Of a stretch of 64,000 bases of DNA, positions 35,935 through 46,200 are shown one piece after another. This DNA is from an uncultured Methanosarcinaceae archaeon (GTDB lineage Archaea; Halobacteriota; Methanosarcinia; Methanosarcinales; Methanosarcinaceae). The stretch covers positions 96,001 through 160,000 of the forward strand of contig CAVRJG010000053.1 in assembly GCA_963721455.1 (NCBI GenBank), in the 5' to 3' direction. Every line of letters starts with the position of its first letter. Within the stretch, counting starts at the first letter, position 1. The notes below the pieces were generated by a model. It did no database searches. It was not told where the DNA came from and worked only from the letters and a program-made list of their open reading frames with translations. The translations under genes were made by a program, and so were the position numbers.

Positions 35935-36516
35935 CTAAACGTCATCTAGGAATCTGCATCCACACATCAGCAGCTTCCAAGCGAAGATTTGTCGCAATGA
36001 AGACATCGCTACTGCCACCAGCTCCTTGGCTTTTTGCCGTATTTGGTCGTCTTCTGCAAGCAGATTGATAAGAACATCAACTAGAGGAATGGCATCTCTG
36101 CGAAAGGAGAAGAGCACTTCTTCAAGTGACTGCCACGAGTCATCATTCAACTCTTGAACCATCTGCCTGAGATGAACGGTGGCGCTTTCAAGCTGAAGAA
36201 GCAATCGAACAAGCGGCGCGTTCTGGCCTGCTGCTCCACGCAGTTGAGCAATCTCCTCTGGGAGAATTGAAACGACCTCCAGCGCGCTCGTCTCGACCAA
36301 AGCGGGTCTTTCCTTCTCGTAAGGCACATAAAACAGCCTGCGCTGGATAAAGCACCTCGACAGTATCGTGCGAATGGCTTCTGTATCGGCCATCATATGG
36401 CGAATATCCTCAGTCGAGAAGGATAGCTCCAAGCCAGGGATCTTGATGGCGACATTTGCATTTGCAGCAAGGAGGTTATCCCTTATCCATTCAGTTATCT
36501 CTTGAAATGTGGTCAT
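35935..36516 (-). CDS. Hypothetical protein, GC-richer than its surroundings
   Basis: 193-aa ORF with GAGGTG RBS. Confidence 0.7.
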   Translation of the reverse strand: MTTFQEITEWIRDNLLAANANVAIKIPGLELSFSTEDIRHMMADTEAIRTILSRCFIQRRLFYVPYEKERPALVETSALEVVSILPEEIAQLRGAAGQNAPLVRLLLQLESATVHLRQMVQELNDDSWQSLEEVLFSFRRDAIPLVDVLINLLAEDDQIRQKAKELVAVAMSSLRQIFAWKLLMCGCRFLDDV

Positions 36517-36604
36517 TAGACACCTCTCATTCTTGTTGTGGCAGGGGTCGTAACGCTGTAACTACCTGCTTTATCTCGACAAAGCTCAACCCATCGAAAA
36601 CAGG

Positions 36605-36901
36605 TTATCCCTCATGCTTTCTGTCACTATTAATGAGATTCTCAATCGCTAAAATAAGTAGTGTCGCATACAAGCGCCACTTATGTATAACTGGTGGAAA
36701 GAAGGAATTAGCCCATAACTTATCCTCGCTATCAAATTGGTCACCGTTCCATTGGTTCATAGTCACCAATTTAACAAGAAGGTCGCGGTAAAGAGATACC
36801 GTACATATCTCAATTTCAGCCGCCAGGTCACGACCTAAGGAGCCATGCTCGGAACCACCAATATTTTCATCGGCAATTCTCAAGCTTATGAAAAGATTCA
36901 A
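36605..36901 (-). pseudogene. Probable 3' fragment of a hypothetical gene
   Basis: 98-aa ORF with TTG start and no clear RBS; same strand as 35935. Confidence 0.35.
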
Positions 36902-36979
36902 TATGCAGCTAAGAACTTAGCAGGCTCCAGACAACAAATTTATGTTTTAACTTTTTTCTAAACGTCCATGTTTTTATAG

Positions 36980-37096
36980 CAGGACTTACGCACTTGAGGA
37001 GCAAAATAGAACACAAGCAGGTCTGTCATATCGATCTGATTTAATGAGTTCTAAGTCTCATGCTACTGGTTTCTCAGTTAAACTGCGTAAGTCCTG
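36980..37096. mobile_element. MITE, family AGGACTTACGCA
   Basis: Perfect IRs caggacttacgca and tgcgtaagtcctg; related single ends near 6818 and 32152. Confidence 0.85.
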
Positions 37097-37611
37097 TACC
37101 TTCAAGAATTGTAAAGCGGTTTTTTATGCTTCTGCCTTGAAACCTCTGAATAAGCGATATATTACTTTTTTTCAAAAAATATGACTTCTAATGAGAGTTA
37201 TATGATTTAAACACATTATTTGTGTCTGTATTTGAAATAAAAAGTTTAAAAAAACTTATTTTCGTAAATAGCCTTTTTTAAGCCTTTTCTGCCTTAAAAG
37301 AGCTTAAGTCCCAGATAAGAAGATTCCCTAACCAATGGCTAATAGAGAATACTTAGAAGATAGGATAATGAGTGATTTGATCAAATTTAAAAAAGGAAAC
37401 ACATCCTCTAGGTTCGGAAAATGTAGAGAGATTTTTATTCCTGGATTTCAGTAACTCACTTCCAAAAATAGAAGTTTAATGTGTTTTATGAGCAATAAAT
37501 ACGTTATTTATAGATATAAATGACTTTAAAAGTTTAAAAATCCTTTTTTTGTAAATAAAACCGTTTATAACTTTTATATTATTAATTAAACCCTTTTAAG
37601 CTAGTTTTAGT

Positions 37612-37758
37612 TATAAGTATATTTATATTTAATCTAGCTAATTTTAGAATTGTCAAGCCGCAAGTAGTCGGCAAGACAACCAGGATATTCAGTAGACAAC
37701 TGGGATATTCAGTAGGGAGAAGGTAATTCAATCAACCGGCAGATTGCCGGGAAGACAA
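37612..37758 (+). promoter_or_regulatory. Shared promoter near-palindrome plus two leader motifs
   Basis: TATAAGTATATTTATATT; TCAA-N17-AGACAA at 37653 and 37732. Confidence 0.7.
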
Positions 37759-37837
37759 TTATAAAGGGCCATAAAGGGCCAAATAAAGGGTCAAATAAAT
37801 AAATTTCAAAGTTCGAATAAAATTATGGAGTGGTTAA

Positions 37838-38248
37838 ATGTTGAAAATGAAAAAGATACTGGGAATTTTCCTGGCAGTCTGTTTTGTACTGTCAGTAACA
37901 GTTGCATCAGTAAGTGCAGCGCCGGGTGATAGGGACGGCAAGGCCAAATTTGACGATAATAAGAGATTTGACGGCAAGAACAGCTTTGACAAAGATAAGA
38001 GCAGATTTGATGGTGAAAAGAGAAACTGGGACGGCCAAAAGAACAGATATGACCGCGAAAGGGGAAAGTGGGACCGCGAAAGGAATTCGTGGAACAATAA
38101 GAAACATGGCAGCGAGTACAATAAATGGTTCGCCGGTTATAACAAATGGTACAACGGTTATAACAAATGGTACAGCGGTTATAACAAATGGTGCAGCGGT
38201 TATAACAAATGGTACAGCGGTTATAATAAACACAGAAACCACCACTGA
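37838..38248 (+). CDS. Secreted low-complexity protein with 7-aa repeats (xFD/WD heptads, then GYNKWYS x5)
   Basis: GGAGTGG RBS; signal peptide KKILGIFLAVCFVLSVTVASVSAAP; 21-bp tandem repeats. Confidence 0.85.
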   Translation: MLKMKKILGIFLAVCFVLSVTVASVSAAPGDRDGKAKFDDNKRFDGKNSFDKDKSRFDGEKRNWDGQKNRYDRERGKWDRERNSWNNKKHGSEYNKWFAGYNKWYNGYNKWYSGYNKWCSGYNKWYSGYNKHRNHH

Positions 38249-38413
38249 AGTAGATGGTGAGAACTGGCTGTAAAAACCGATAATTCTGTCGTACACTCCT
38301 TTCAGGAAGTGTGGAGGGTCACGAATGCTCCGCCTTTGAGGCAGGGTATAAAGTGAACCCTCCGACATCTCTTCTGTTCCTCAAAAACGTTGTTGGCAAG
38401 ACGAGATTTTTTT

Positions 38414-38604
38414 GGCTCTTCGCTGTTTTGTTTCGCTGTTTTGTATGGGTTGAAAATAGTTGTTCAGTTAGGAAGCGGCTACACCCAAGAGATAAACATC
38501 GATCCTGAGTGTGATTTTCCACAAGAATTGTTTTCATCTTTTATCTGTGTTGCATCCGTATTTAGGAGTTACTATAAATTACCCACTCGAAATAGCGAAG
38601 AGCC
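38414..38604. mobile_element. MITE, family GGCTCTTCGCTGTTT
   Basis: IR pair; paralog at 43012-43189. Confidence 0.85.
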
Positions 38605-38732
38605 ATATTTTTTATATGGCAGTATAGCATTGATTGCAACGCCATAGACGCTCTCCACTTCAGTGAGCGAGCCAGCACAGATGTTAATGATAAAGTGAAA
38701 TGTTAAGTCACGTGAGTTTAGTGTTTCTCGTC

Positions 38733-39665
38733 TTATTCTTTCTCGTCTATTAAAACTACAATATTCTCACGCCCATTCTTGAACTTTTTAATGAGTCCTC
38801 TCTTTTCCAGTTCTGAAAGCATGAGGCTGACTTTTACTTCGGAATACTCCAGCCTGCTACGCAGATCTTTCTGGGTAATCCTGCCCCTGTGGCCCCGAAT
38901 TAAGTCCAGGATTTCACGCAGATCCGTGGAAAGAGGGAGGTTTTTTAGAGCAGCAGTTTCAATTTCGGAATTCTCTGCAGGTTCTATTATTGGCTCTGTT
39001 ACCGAGACCGCTTCTCCAATGTTTCCGAACTGCGGCTTCACTCCAGGACCAGTGCTTTTACCGAAGACTTTTACCAGAAGTCCAGAGATATTGAGCTTTC
39101 CTGCATGAGTCATGTTTTTTCTCACCTTTTTGTGCTTTCTGGAAAGTATATAGCCTCCGCCCAGCAGGAGTAAAATCATAAAGGTTATTCCCAGGTAACT
39201 TATAGTAGAAGAGCCATTCCTGGCTTTTTCGGCAGGATTCACACTATTGACATTATTTGTTTTATCTTCGATTGTCTTAGTTGCCTGATTTTCGGAAACG
39301 GGATGAAGCAGGAGATCGAACACGTAGTTTCCTTCACCTTCAATCTTCAAAGTTGTTTCTTTTGAATAGATCCGGGTGTTGTTCTGGTAATAATTGGCTG
39401 TAATAATATAGTCTCCGGGTACAAGTTCAAAAGAATACCTGCCGTTTTTCGCTACTACTGATTGAGGAGGATTTGAATTGATATTAATCACAGTATCATT
39501 CAGGGGTTCAAGGGTGTCCCCTGAATATGTTGCCCCATGGATTGTTGCAGTGATTTTGGTGTCTTCTAAAACAGGTACCCCTAAAGTGAGTAAAACAGGT
39601 ACCCCTAAAGCGAGTAAAGCAGCAGTGCAAATAACGTAGAACCTCAGATTCATCTCTACCAGCAA
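38733..39665 (-). CDS. Membrane-anchored protein with extracellular beta domain, TM helix and C-terminal winged helix
   Basis: GRYSFELVPGDY; TM segment; GRITQKDLRSRLEYSEVKVSLMLSELEKRGLI. Confidence 0.88.
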   Translation of the reverse strand: MLVEMNLRFYVICTAALLALGVPVLLTLGVPVLEDTKITATIHGATYSGDTLEPLNDTVININSNPPQSVVAKNGRYSFELVPGDYIITANYYQNNTRIYSKETTLKIEGEGNYVFDLLLHPVSENQATKTIEDKTNNVNSVNPAEKARNGSSTISYLGITFMILLLLGGGYILSRKHKKVRKNMTHAGKLNISGLLVKVFGKSTGPGVKPQFGNIGEAVSVTEPIIEPAENSEIETAALKNLPLSTDLREILDLIRGHRGRITQKDLRSRLEYSEVKVSLMLSELEKRGLIKKFKNGRENIVVLIDEKE

Positions 39666-40491
39666 ATCCAGTATTATAAGTTGAGGTTGTGGGATAAGTT
39701 GAGGTTGTGAGGATCAGCTGCTAAAAATCGTGAGCATAAAATCTCTCTACATTTTTCCGAACATAGGAGATATCTTTTTTCGGATTTAATCAATAACTCC
39801 CCCCATGATCCAATCTGGATTTTATTATGAGCACGTTTCAAAATTGCTCCTGATAAGCTCAAATAATATATCATTTTGAAGCAGCTGATTAGCTTCTTAA
39901 CGCCTGTAAACTCTTTCATTTTTTATAATTTGTCCCAATCCCCATTCGATATTTTATAATTTTTCCCAATCCCCATCCGATATATACTGTTTTTTATTGA
40001 GTTATCAAAATTCATTTTATTCTTGATTATTAATAATATGGAATTTATTGTAAATATAAATACCTGTGATCATAAAAAACAAGATCCAAAGAGTTTAATA
40101 TTAATTTATGAGCCTATTTCATTAACCATAGGCACTCATTAACGCTTTTACGTTAAATGGTGTCAAATCAACCACGGCTACTGATTATAATTAAATAAGT
40201 ACAAATTATAAATAAATATATCGTTTATTATTTATTTATATCTAAATAACCCGATAAAAAATACGGAACAGCCATATAATATAATTGCAAATTGTAATGG
40301 AGAGACAGTTTATAAATTTAAAACCGATATCTTCTTATAAAGAATCTTGAAAAAAATTACAAAAAAGATCACTAAAAAAGGAATTTTTACAGAATATCCT
40401 CTACTCTGGTAACTTTGATATCATCTGGTAATTTTGACGTCATCTCAGGGATTGAACTCTTCTTATTTTGATTTTCAAGGCTTTTTGTCCC

Positions 40492-40842
40492 TTATTTCAG
40501 GCATAGGTACCGATTTATATTGTAGCTGTCGAGGTATCCTTTCTCGTAGCCTCTATTGTAACTATCCCTGTAGTATTTGGTCCATCCATATTCGTTGAAA
40601 GGAGAAGGAATTTTCGAGAGGATTTCTTTGCTTCCGTATTTCTCGCAGTCTTTTTTGCCCTGATTTTTGCCATCTTTTTGACCTTTTGCGTAGCCATCGC
40701 CGTAGCCATCTTTGTTCTTGCTATTATCAGCTGCGCTTGCTGCCGCAGCTGTCACTGAAAGTACAAAACAAAGTACCAGCAAAACAGCAAAAGTCTTTTT
40801 TATTTTATCAAATTTTTTATTTTTCATAAATTTATTTCTCAT
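40492..40842 (-). CDS. Small secreted protein with GYxxGY motifs
   Basis: GGAGTG RBS; signal peptide KKTFAVLLVLCFVLSVTAAAASAA. Confidence 0.85.
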   Translation of the reverse strand: MRNKFMKNKKFDKIKKTFAVLLVLCFVLSVTAAAASAADNSKNKDGYGDGYAKGQKDGKNQGKKDCEKYGSKEILSKIPSPFNEYGWTKYYRDSYNRGYEKGYLDSYNINRYLCLK

Positions 40843-41037
40843 AAATCACACTCCTGATTTGTTCAATTGAATAAAAAATGATTTATACACCGATGAAGCG
40901 ACTCGGTCCTTAGATCTTTAATTTTTGGATTTTTCAGGAATTATAGTCATGAATTCAACCTTCAAAACTAACACTTAATGCTTTCAGTGCCTGCAATTGC
41001 TACTCGACCGTTCGCTCCTGGAAAAAATTTGTTTTAA

Positions 41038-41104
41038 TTGTCTTATCGGCTATCTGTTAGTTGATAGTTATAATATTGTCAAGATTAAATATAAGCATAC
41101 TTAT
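41038..41104 (-). promoter_or_regulatory. Third copy of the shared promoter/leader motif
   Basis: Minus strand reads TATAAGTATGCTTATATTTAATC...TCAA-N17-AGACAA. Confidence 0.6.
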
Positions 41105-41436
41105 AATAAAAACATCTTAAAACAGTTCATCCGTAAAAGAAGTATTTTTAAAATTTTAAATTTGATTTAAACTGCAAATAATGTATCGAATACCAATTTA
41201 GCCATTTAGAAACCTTATTTATTAATATTAACCCATAATAATGGCTTTTTGCTGCTTTATGGGGGTTGAGAATAGTCTTCCAGTTGAAAGATGACCATAC
41301 TAAAAAGATAAAACGTTTTTTTAAGATAAAACGTTTTTTTGAATATCCAGTAGAAGAAAGCAAAAGAAAAATTAAAGGGAAAGCATGAAGGAAAAAGCCG
41401 GCAACAGAGCCTGGAAACTCTTTTCTTTTTTTGAAG

Positions 41437-42441
41437 TCAGGCATCAGGCCTTTCCAGCTTTTCCAGTATTTCCGGATGCTCTTCAGGCTTTTCAGTTTGC
41501 TCTTTGGGCTGCTTTCCAGATGAAGTGAGCCTGAAAGCCTCAATATCCCAGTTCGCCCTTTTTGCCCCTGCCTGATATACACTTTCCAAGAAATCAAGTA
41601 CTGCTTTCTCGGGCGAATCTGCGTTTCGGACATCATTATACATGAGAAGCGCAAGCCCGGCCTGATGGTTCCAGAAAGCTTCTTTCGGGCTTAGAGGCTC
41701 ATTCATGAAACCAGCAGGCTGCGGATGCATGTACGCGTAAAAAGCAGGCTCCCTTACATTCTGATCCCCTGCCCAGAACCCGAAACTGATTATTTCATGC
41801 GAAGAAGATTCACGTTCAACAGGATTTGCCCCTTCCCTGACCGGAGCAGGCCTGCCTGAAAACCGCGTCAGAGCAAGGTCTGCGTGGTGCCAGAAAAAGT
41901 GCACAGGCGAGCTTTTCCCATTAAACCAGCCCCTGAAGACCTGAAAGATCGAATAGACCTGTACAAGGATTCTCCAGAACCTGTTCACATATTCTTCATC
42001 ATAAGATGCGAACTGAAAATCCGATGTAAACGGTTCTGTCACTCCAGGCATATCATAAGGTACCGGCTTGATGCCTGCCACGATCCCAAGTTCTCCCAGA
42101 CTTGAAAACACGCGGTCGTAAAACCCTGCAATAGGCAGCCCCTTTAAAGGCACGGTTTTCGAGTCCCCCTCACTTGTCTCGATCCTTAAAACATGTTCTT
42201 TGTCTCTGAAATCAAATTCCATCTCAAAAATCATGTCCTCATAAGGAATAGGCCCTGTAGTAAGCCCGCGCACCGAGACATAAAAAGGCACATGCCACCA
42301 GTGGTTCATTTTCGGAAATAACGCAAGCCTGACCTTTCCCACGATCTGCAGAAACAGGTGCAGCGTATTCTTCGTATCCTCCCATTCTTCAAGCGGCAAA
42401 GCCGGAAATTGTACATCCCGCGTAAAACTGGTGTTTACCAT
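41437..42441 (-). CDS. DUF5996-like protein
   Basis: TLHLFLQIVGKVRL..NHWWHV, SPVHFFWH.DLALTRFSG and SFGFWAGD motifs. Confidence 0.8.
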   Translation of the reverse strand: MVNTSFTRDVQFPALPLEEWEDTKNTLHLFLQIVGKVRLALFPKMNHWWHVPFYVSVRGLTTGPIPYEDMIFEMEFDFRDKEHVLRIETSEGDSKTVPLKGLPIAGFYDRVFSSLGELGIVAGIKPVPYDMPGVTEPFTSDFQFASYDEEYVNRFWRILVQVYSIFQVFRGWFNGKSSPVHFFWHHADLALTRFSGRPAPVREGANPVERESSSHEIISFGFWAGDQNVREPAFYAYMHPQPAGFMNEPLSPKEAFWNHQAGLALLMYNDVRNADSPEKAVLDFLESVYQAGAKRANWDIEAFRLTSSGKQPKEQTEKPEEHPEILEKLERPDA

Positions 42442-42622
42442 AATATTCCCCCAAGAAAACTCCCAGATCAATGATAGTAAAGTTTACTGATAATCCTATT
42501 AGAGTTATAAGATTTATTGTATATAAACCGGTCAATTTATAAGTTAAAAACGTTTCCCGCACGAATAAAAAAAGTTGAAATATTGACTTTAAAACAGGAT
42601 CCTTAAAGTTTACTGATTACGT

Positions 42623-42991
42623 TTATTTTTCAGCCATTTTTGAGTGTTCCACGTATTCTATTACCGACCCATCGGGATGCCTTACCGTCATATTCCTGCC
42701 GGTCGGAACCTTATCCGGCCCCCGGATAATTTCTGCTCCTTTTTCTTCCAGATAAACTTTGAATTCATCGAGAGAATCAACAAGCATCGTAGCCTGCGTG
42801 TTTCTAAACGGTTTCAGAGCTTCTTCAGAGCCGGCTATTAGTAAAATATCTCCTACCTGAGCCAGTTCCAGGCCGATGTGTGGGATTTCAAAACGCATGG
42901 CTGCGGGAGCTCCAAGAAGTTCTTCATAGAATTCGAGGGCTGAGTTAAGGTCGTTTATGTAGAGGCGGGAGAGGGTTTTTAGGATTTTCAT
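42623..42991 (-). CDS. VOC/glyoxalase-family protein
   Basis: ALEFYEELLG and HPDGSVIEYVE motifs. Confidence 0.9.
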   Translation of the reverse strand: MKILKTLSRLYINDLNSALEFYEELLGAPAAMRFEIPHIGLELAQVGDILLIAGSEEALKPFRNTQATMLVDSLDEFKVYLEEKGAEIIRGPDKVPTGRNMTVRHPDGSVIEYVEHSKMAEK

Positions 42992-43011
42992 TATATCCCC
43001 ATTATCATTTC

Positions 43012-43189
43012 GGCTCTTCGCTGTTTTGTATGGGTTGAAAATAATTGCTTAGTTAGACGATTGTCCGGCCAAAATGAAAAACATCGAGCTTGACTGTGAT
43101 TTTCAACAACAAACGTTTTTAAATTTTATGCATGCTACTTCCATAGTTAGAAATGGATGTAAATTACCCACTCGAAACAGCGAAAAGCC
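43012..43189. mobile_element. MITE, family GGCTCTTCGCTGTTT
   Basis: IR pair; similar throughout to 38414-38604. Confidence 0.85.
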
Positions 43190-43229
43190 GTAATTTCTAA
43201 CCTAAAATCATAAATGAATAAGACCAGTA

Positions 43230-46200
43230 TTAGATGCCTACTACTATACCAATTACTTTATTAATTTCTCCGATTATATTTTCCCTGTACCGGAAGATAT
43301 CTTTCAGTGGTCGTTTTCCATAGTGTGCGTCACCATTTCTGTATTTAGATACCAGAGCACAAGCTTCTGACACTATATTCCACTTCTCTTGTGGCATAAA
43401 GTTCCTTATGAACTTATAAGAATCCTTAACATAGGGATTATTTATAGATTCAATGTTAACGTTAAATGTATTTTCAATCAAACCCTCTAGGGCACCTAAA
43501 TTGATTGTTCTGCTGTCTGTCTTCCGTAAAGGATTTCTTAGTTCAAAAGGAATTCTCTCGATATCCTCTGCCTCATCTCCCCACCAGTAAATGTCAGGGA
43601 CAGGACTGCCATGTTTACCTAATACTTCTTTCCGTAGTTTTACAGAAAAATTGTCGTGCAAATAAGTTTCAAGCCCCTTTCCGTATTCCACAAAAGCTAA
43701 TGAAAAGTCAAAATCCACAGACTTTTTTCGCTGCACAGCATCCAGTATAACTTCTTCAGCAGTCTTAAAAATGTCAATGATTTTTTTATCTTTAATTTTA
43801 CTTAGATTTATAACATTTCTTGAGAAAATATCATATATTTCCTTTAGTTCTTCATATCTTTTTAACTTACAACCAGAATTTTGAACACCTTTTGAATTAT
43901 TGTACATTTGAAGTTTGTTTATGGCACAGTCCATACATTTATATGCTTCTTTGAATTCGCGTTTTCCTGCATAAAGAACTGAAATTTTGTGCTGGGCCGA
44001 AGAACAGAAAAGTAAGTATTCCAAAGAATCATTCTGTTTTTTAAATGAAACTCTGACAATTTCCTTCAAGATATCTTCTGCTTCTGCATAATCTTTACCA
44101 AAATATTTTAAATAAGCTTTTTCTTCGAGTAAAGCGACCTTAACCAGTTCATTTTTCTCAAAACTCAGGCCTCTTTCAATAAGATGTCCTGCCTCAACTG
44201 TTAACCCAAATTCGTTGAACTGCTTGACTGCTATCAAATACCCATTTTTCCAGTACTCTTTCTTATTTTTATTTTTTGAATTTATTTTGTCAATTATGGG
44301 ATGGAGAACTTTATAAAATAAATCATTATTGTTAAAATAGATGAGCTCGTCCTTGCAGACTTCAAAAATATCCCAGCAACAATCAGATAGAGCCTCTTCA
44401 GTTCTGATCAAATCGAGTGCCTCTTCCAGCTCTCTAATTCCACTTCTTATATCCCAAACTTTAATAAGAACCAGTCCTAAGAGGCAATGAGCCCTGAAAA
44501 GTATGTCTTCTTCAGTTGAGTCGCTGATAACTTCTATCAGGATAACTTCTGCTTTCTTAAAATCTTCAAGTGTGTAATAACACTTTGAACACTCAAGCTT
44601 GAGTCTCTGTATAACATCATGAAGCTTAAGAACTTCCCCGGAAATTTCAAATTTTGTATTTTCTTTCCTGTCGATTTTTTTAAGTTCTTTTATTGTATTT
44701 TCCAAACGAATTATGCTCTTTTTAGGTTCAAGCGTATAAGATGTTATAGAAAATGTGTCAAAGACTTTTGAACGGACACCCGAGGCCTCCAGTATTATAC
44801 CTATTTTATTGCCTTTCGTAGACAATTTATACTGGAGAAAGCGATTGTCCTCATGCACTATAACAAGATCTACCCATTCTTTATCAGAATTATCTGAAAA
44901 AATTGTAAAATCTATCTCAATTTCATTTATATGTTTTAGCGCAAGAGACCTTATGTTTGTAATCCATTCTCTAGCACATTTTTCCCTAGTCCAATATTCG
45001 TTCAGTTTAAATAGAGGAAATATTTCTTCATTAATATCTTCTTCAATGGCATCAACCATACTATCCTCATAGATATCAGCAAGCTCCACGAGTATATGGA
45101 GAAATTTGAATTTTAACAAGTCTTGGTGATCCCCGAAGTACAAAGCTAGATCATAAAGGATGGAAATCTTTTTAGGAATTGAAAAACCTTCAAGTTCTTG
45201 ATTCAGTTTCTCGAAGCACTCATTAGCCTTATGTTTATCTTTCAGATGGCAGTACATAATGGCCATATTTGAGAGTTCGATATACTGGACAAAATGGGGT
45301 TTGGTATTGAGTTTAAAGAATCTTCCTAAACGATGACTTCCATGAATCTTTTTGAGACTTTCTAGTGTGCTGGATATTCTGGTATGAAGGGTAAAAAACC
45401 TCGAAATTCCGTAAGCCTTCTTATAATACCTAAGTGAAAGCGAATATTCGTTAGTTTCCTGGTAAATTTCTGCAATCCATGAAGCACAAAGGTAATTCAG
45501 GTACTGATCATTTGTGTTTTTCTGGATAGTGGAAAAGATGCATATAGAACTTTCATAATCTCTCTCTTCATACAATTTTCTGGCCTCGTTATATGCCAGA
45601 TAATATAGAAAGCTGCGCTTTCCAAAAACACTTAAATTTGTATCTGAGATGCAGATGTTAAGATCATCACAGTATCTGTTCAATAGTGTTATCTTATTTT
45701 CTTCACTAAGGGATTTAAACCAGAAAAATTGGGAAATAAAAATCGAATCCATATAAAACTTTAAAAACTTAGCAATTTCTTTGTCATTCTGACTCTTAAT
45801 AAATTCATACTTTTTAAGTAGAGTCTCTACTTTCAGTACAAATTCAGGGCTAGAGTTAAAAAGTGCAAAAAGGGGAGATTCTGTAAACAGCTCGCCTCCA
45901 GCATAGAGTCTTCGAAAATAGGGTTTTATATTTTCATAGAGGAACCTACTTTGGTATCTAAAATCTGCGAAATCTAAACTTTCAAGAGTTTTCCTTTTTT
46001 CTAGTTCATGGAAAAACAGACCTTCCTTATCTTTTTCAGAAAAACTCTCACCTAAATACTTCCTTGAACAATTTATTAATCTTTCGGAAGAGTTATCGCA
46101 TACTCCACCCCAACTAAAAGGCGAATCATCTTGCCATCTTATGGATATCCAATTATTGATATCCTCAATAGAACTCAAGGCATCAAGAACATCATTATCT

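Noticed and set aside
39567-39617. 24-bp tandem duplication (LGVPVL twice) in the wHTH membrane protein signal region
   Set aside because: Simple in-frame slippage with no sign of wider significance
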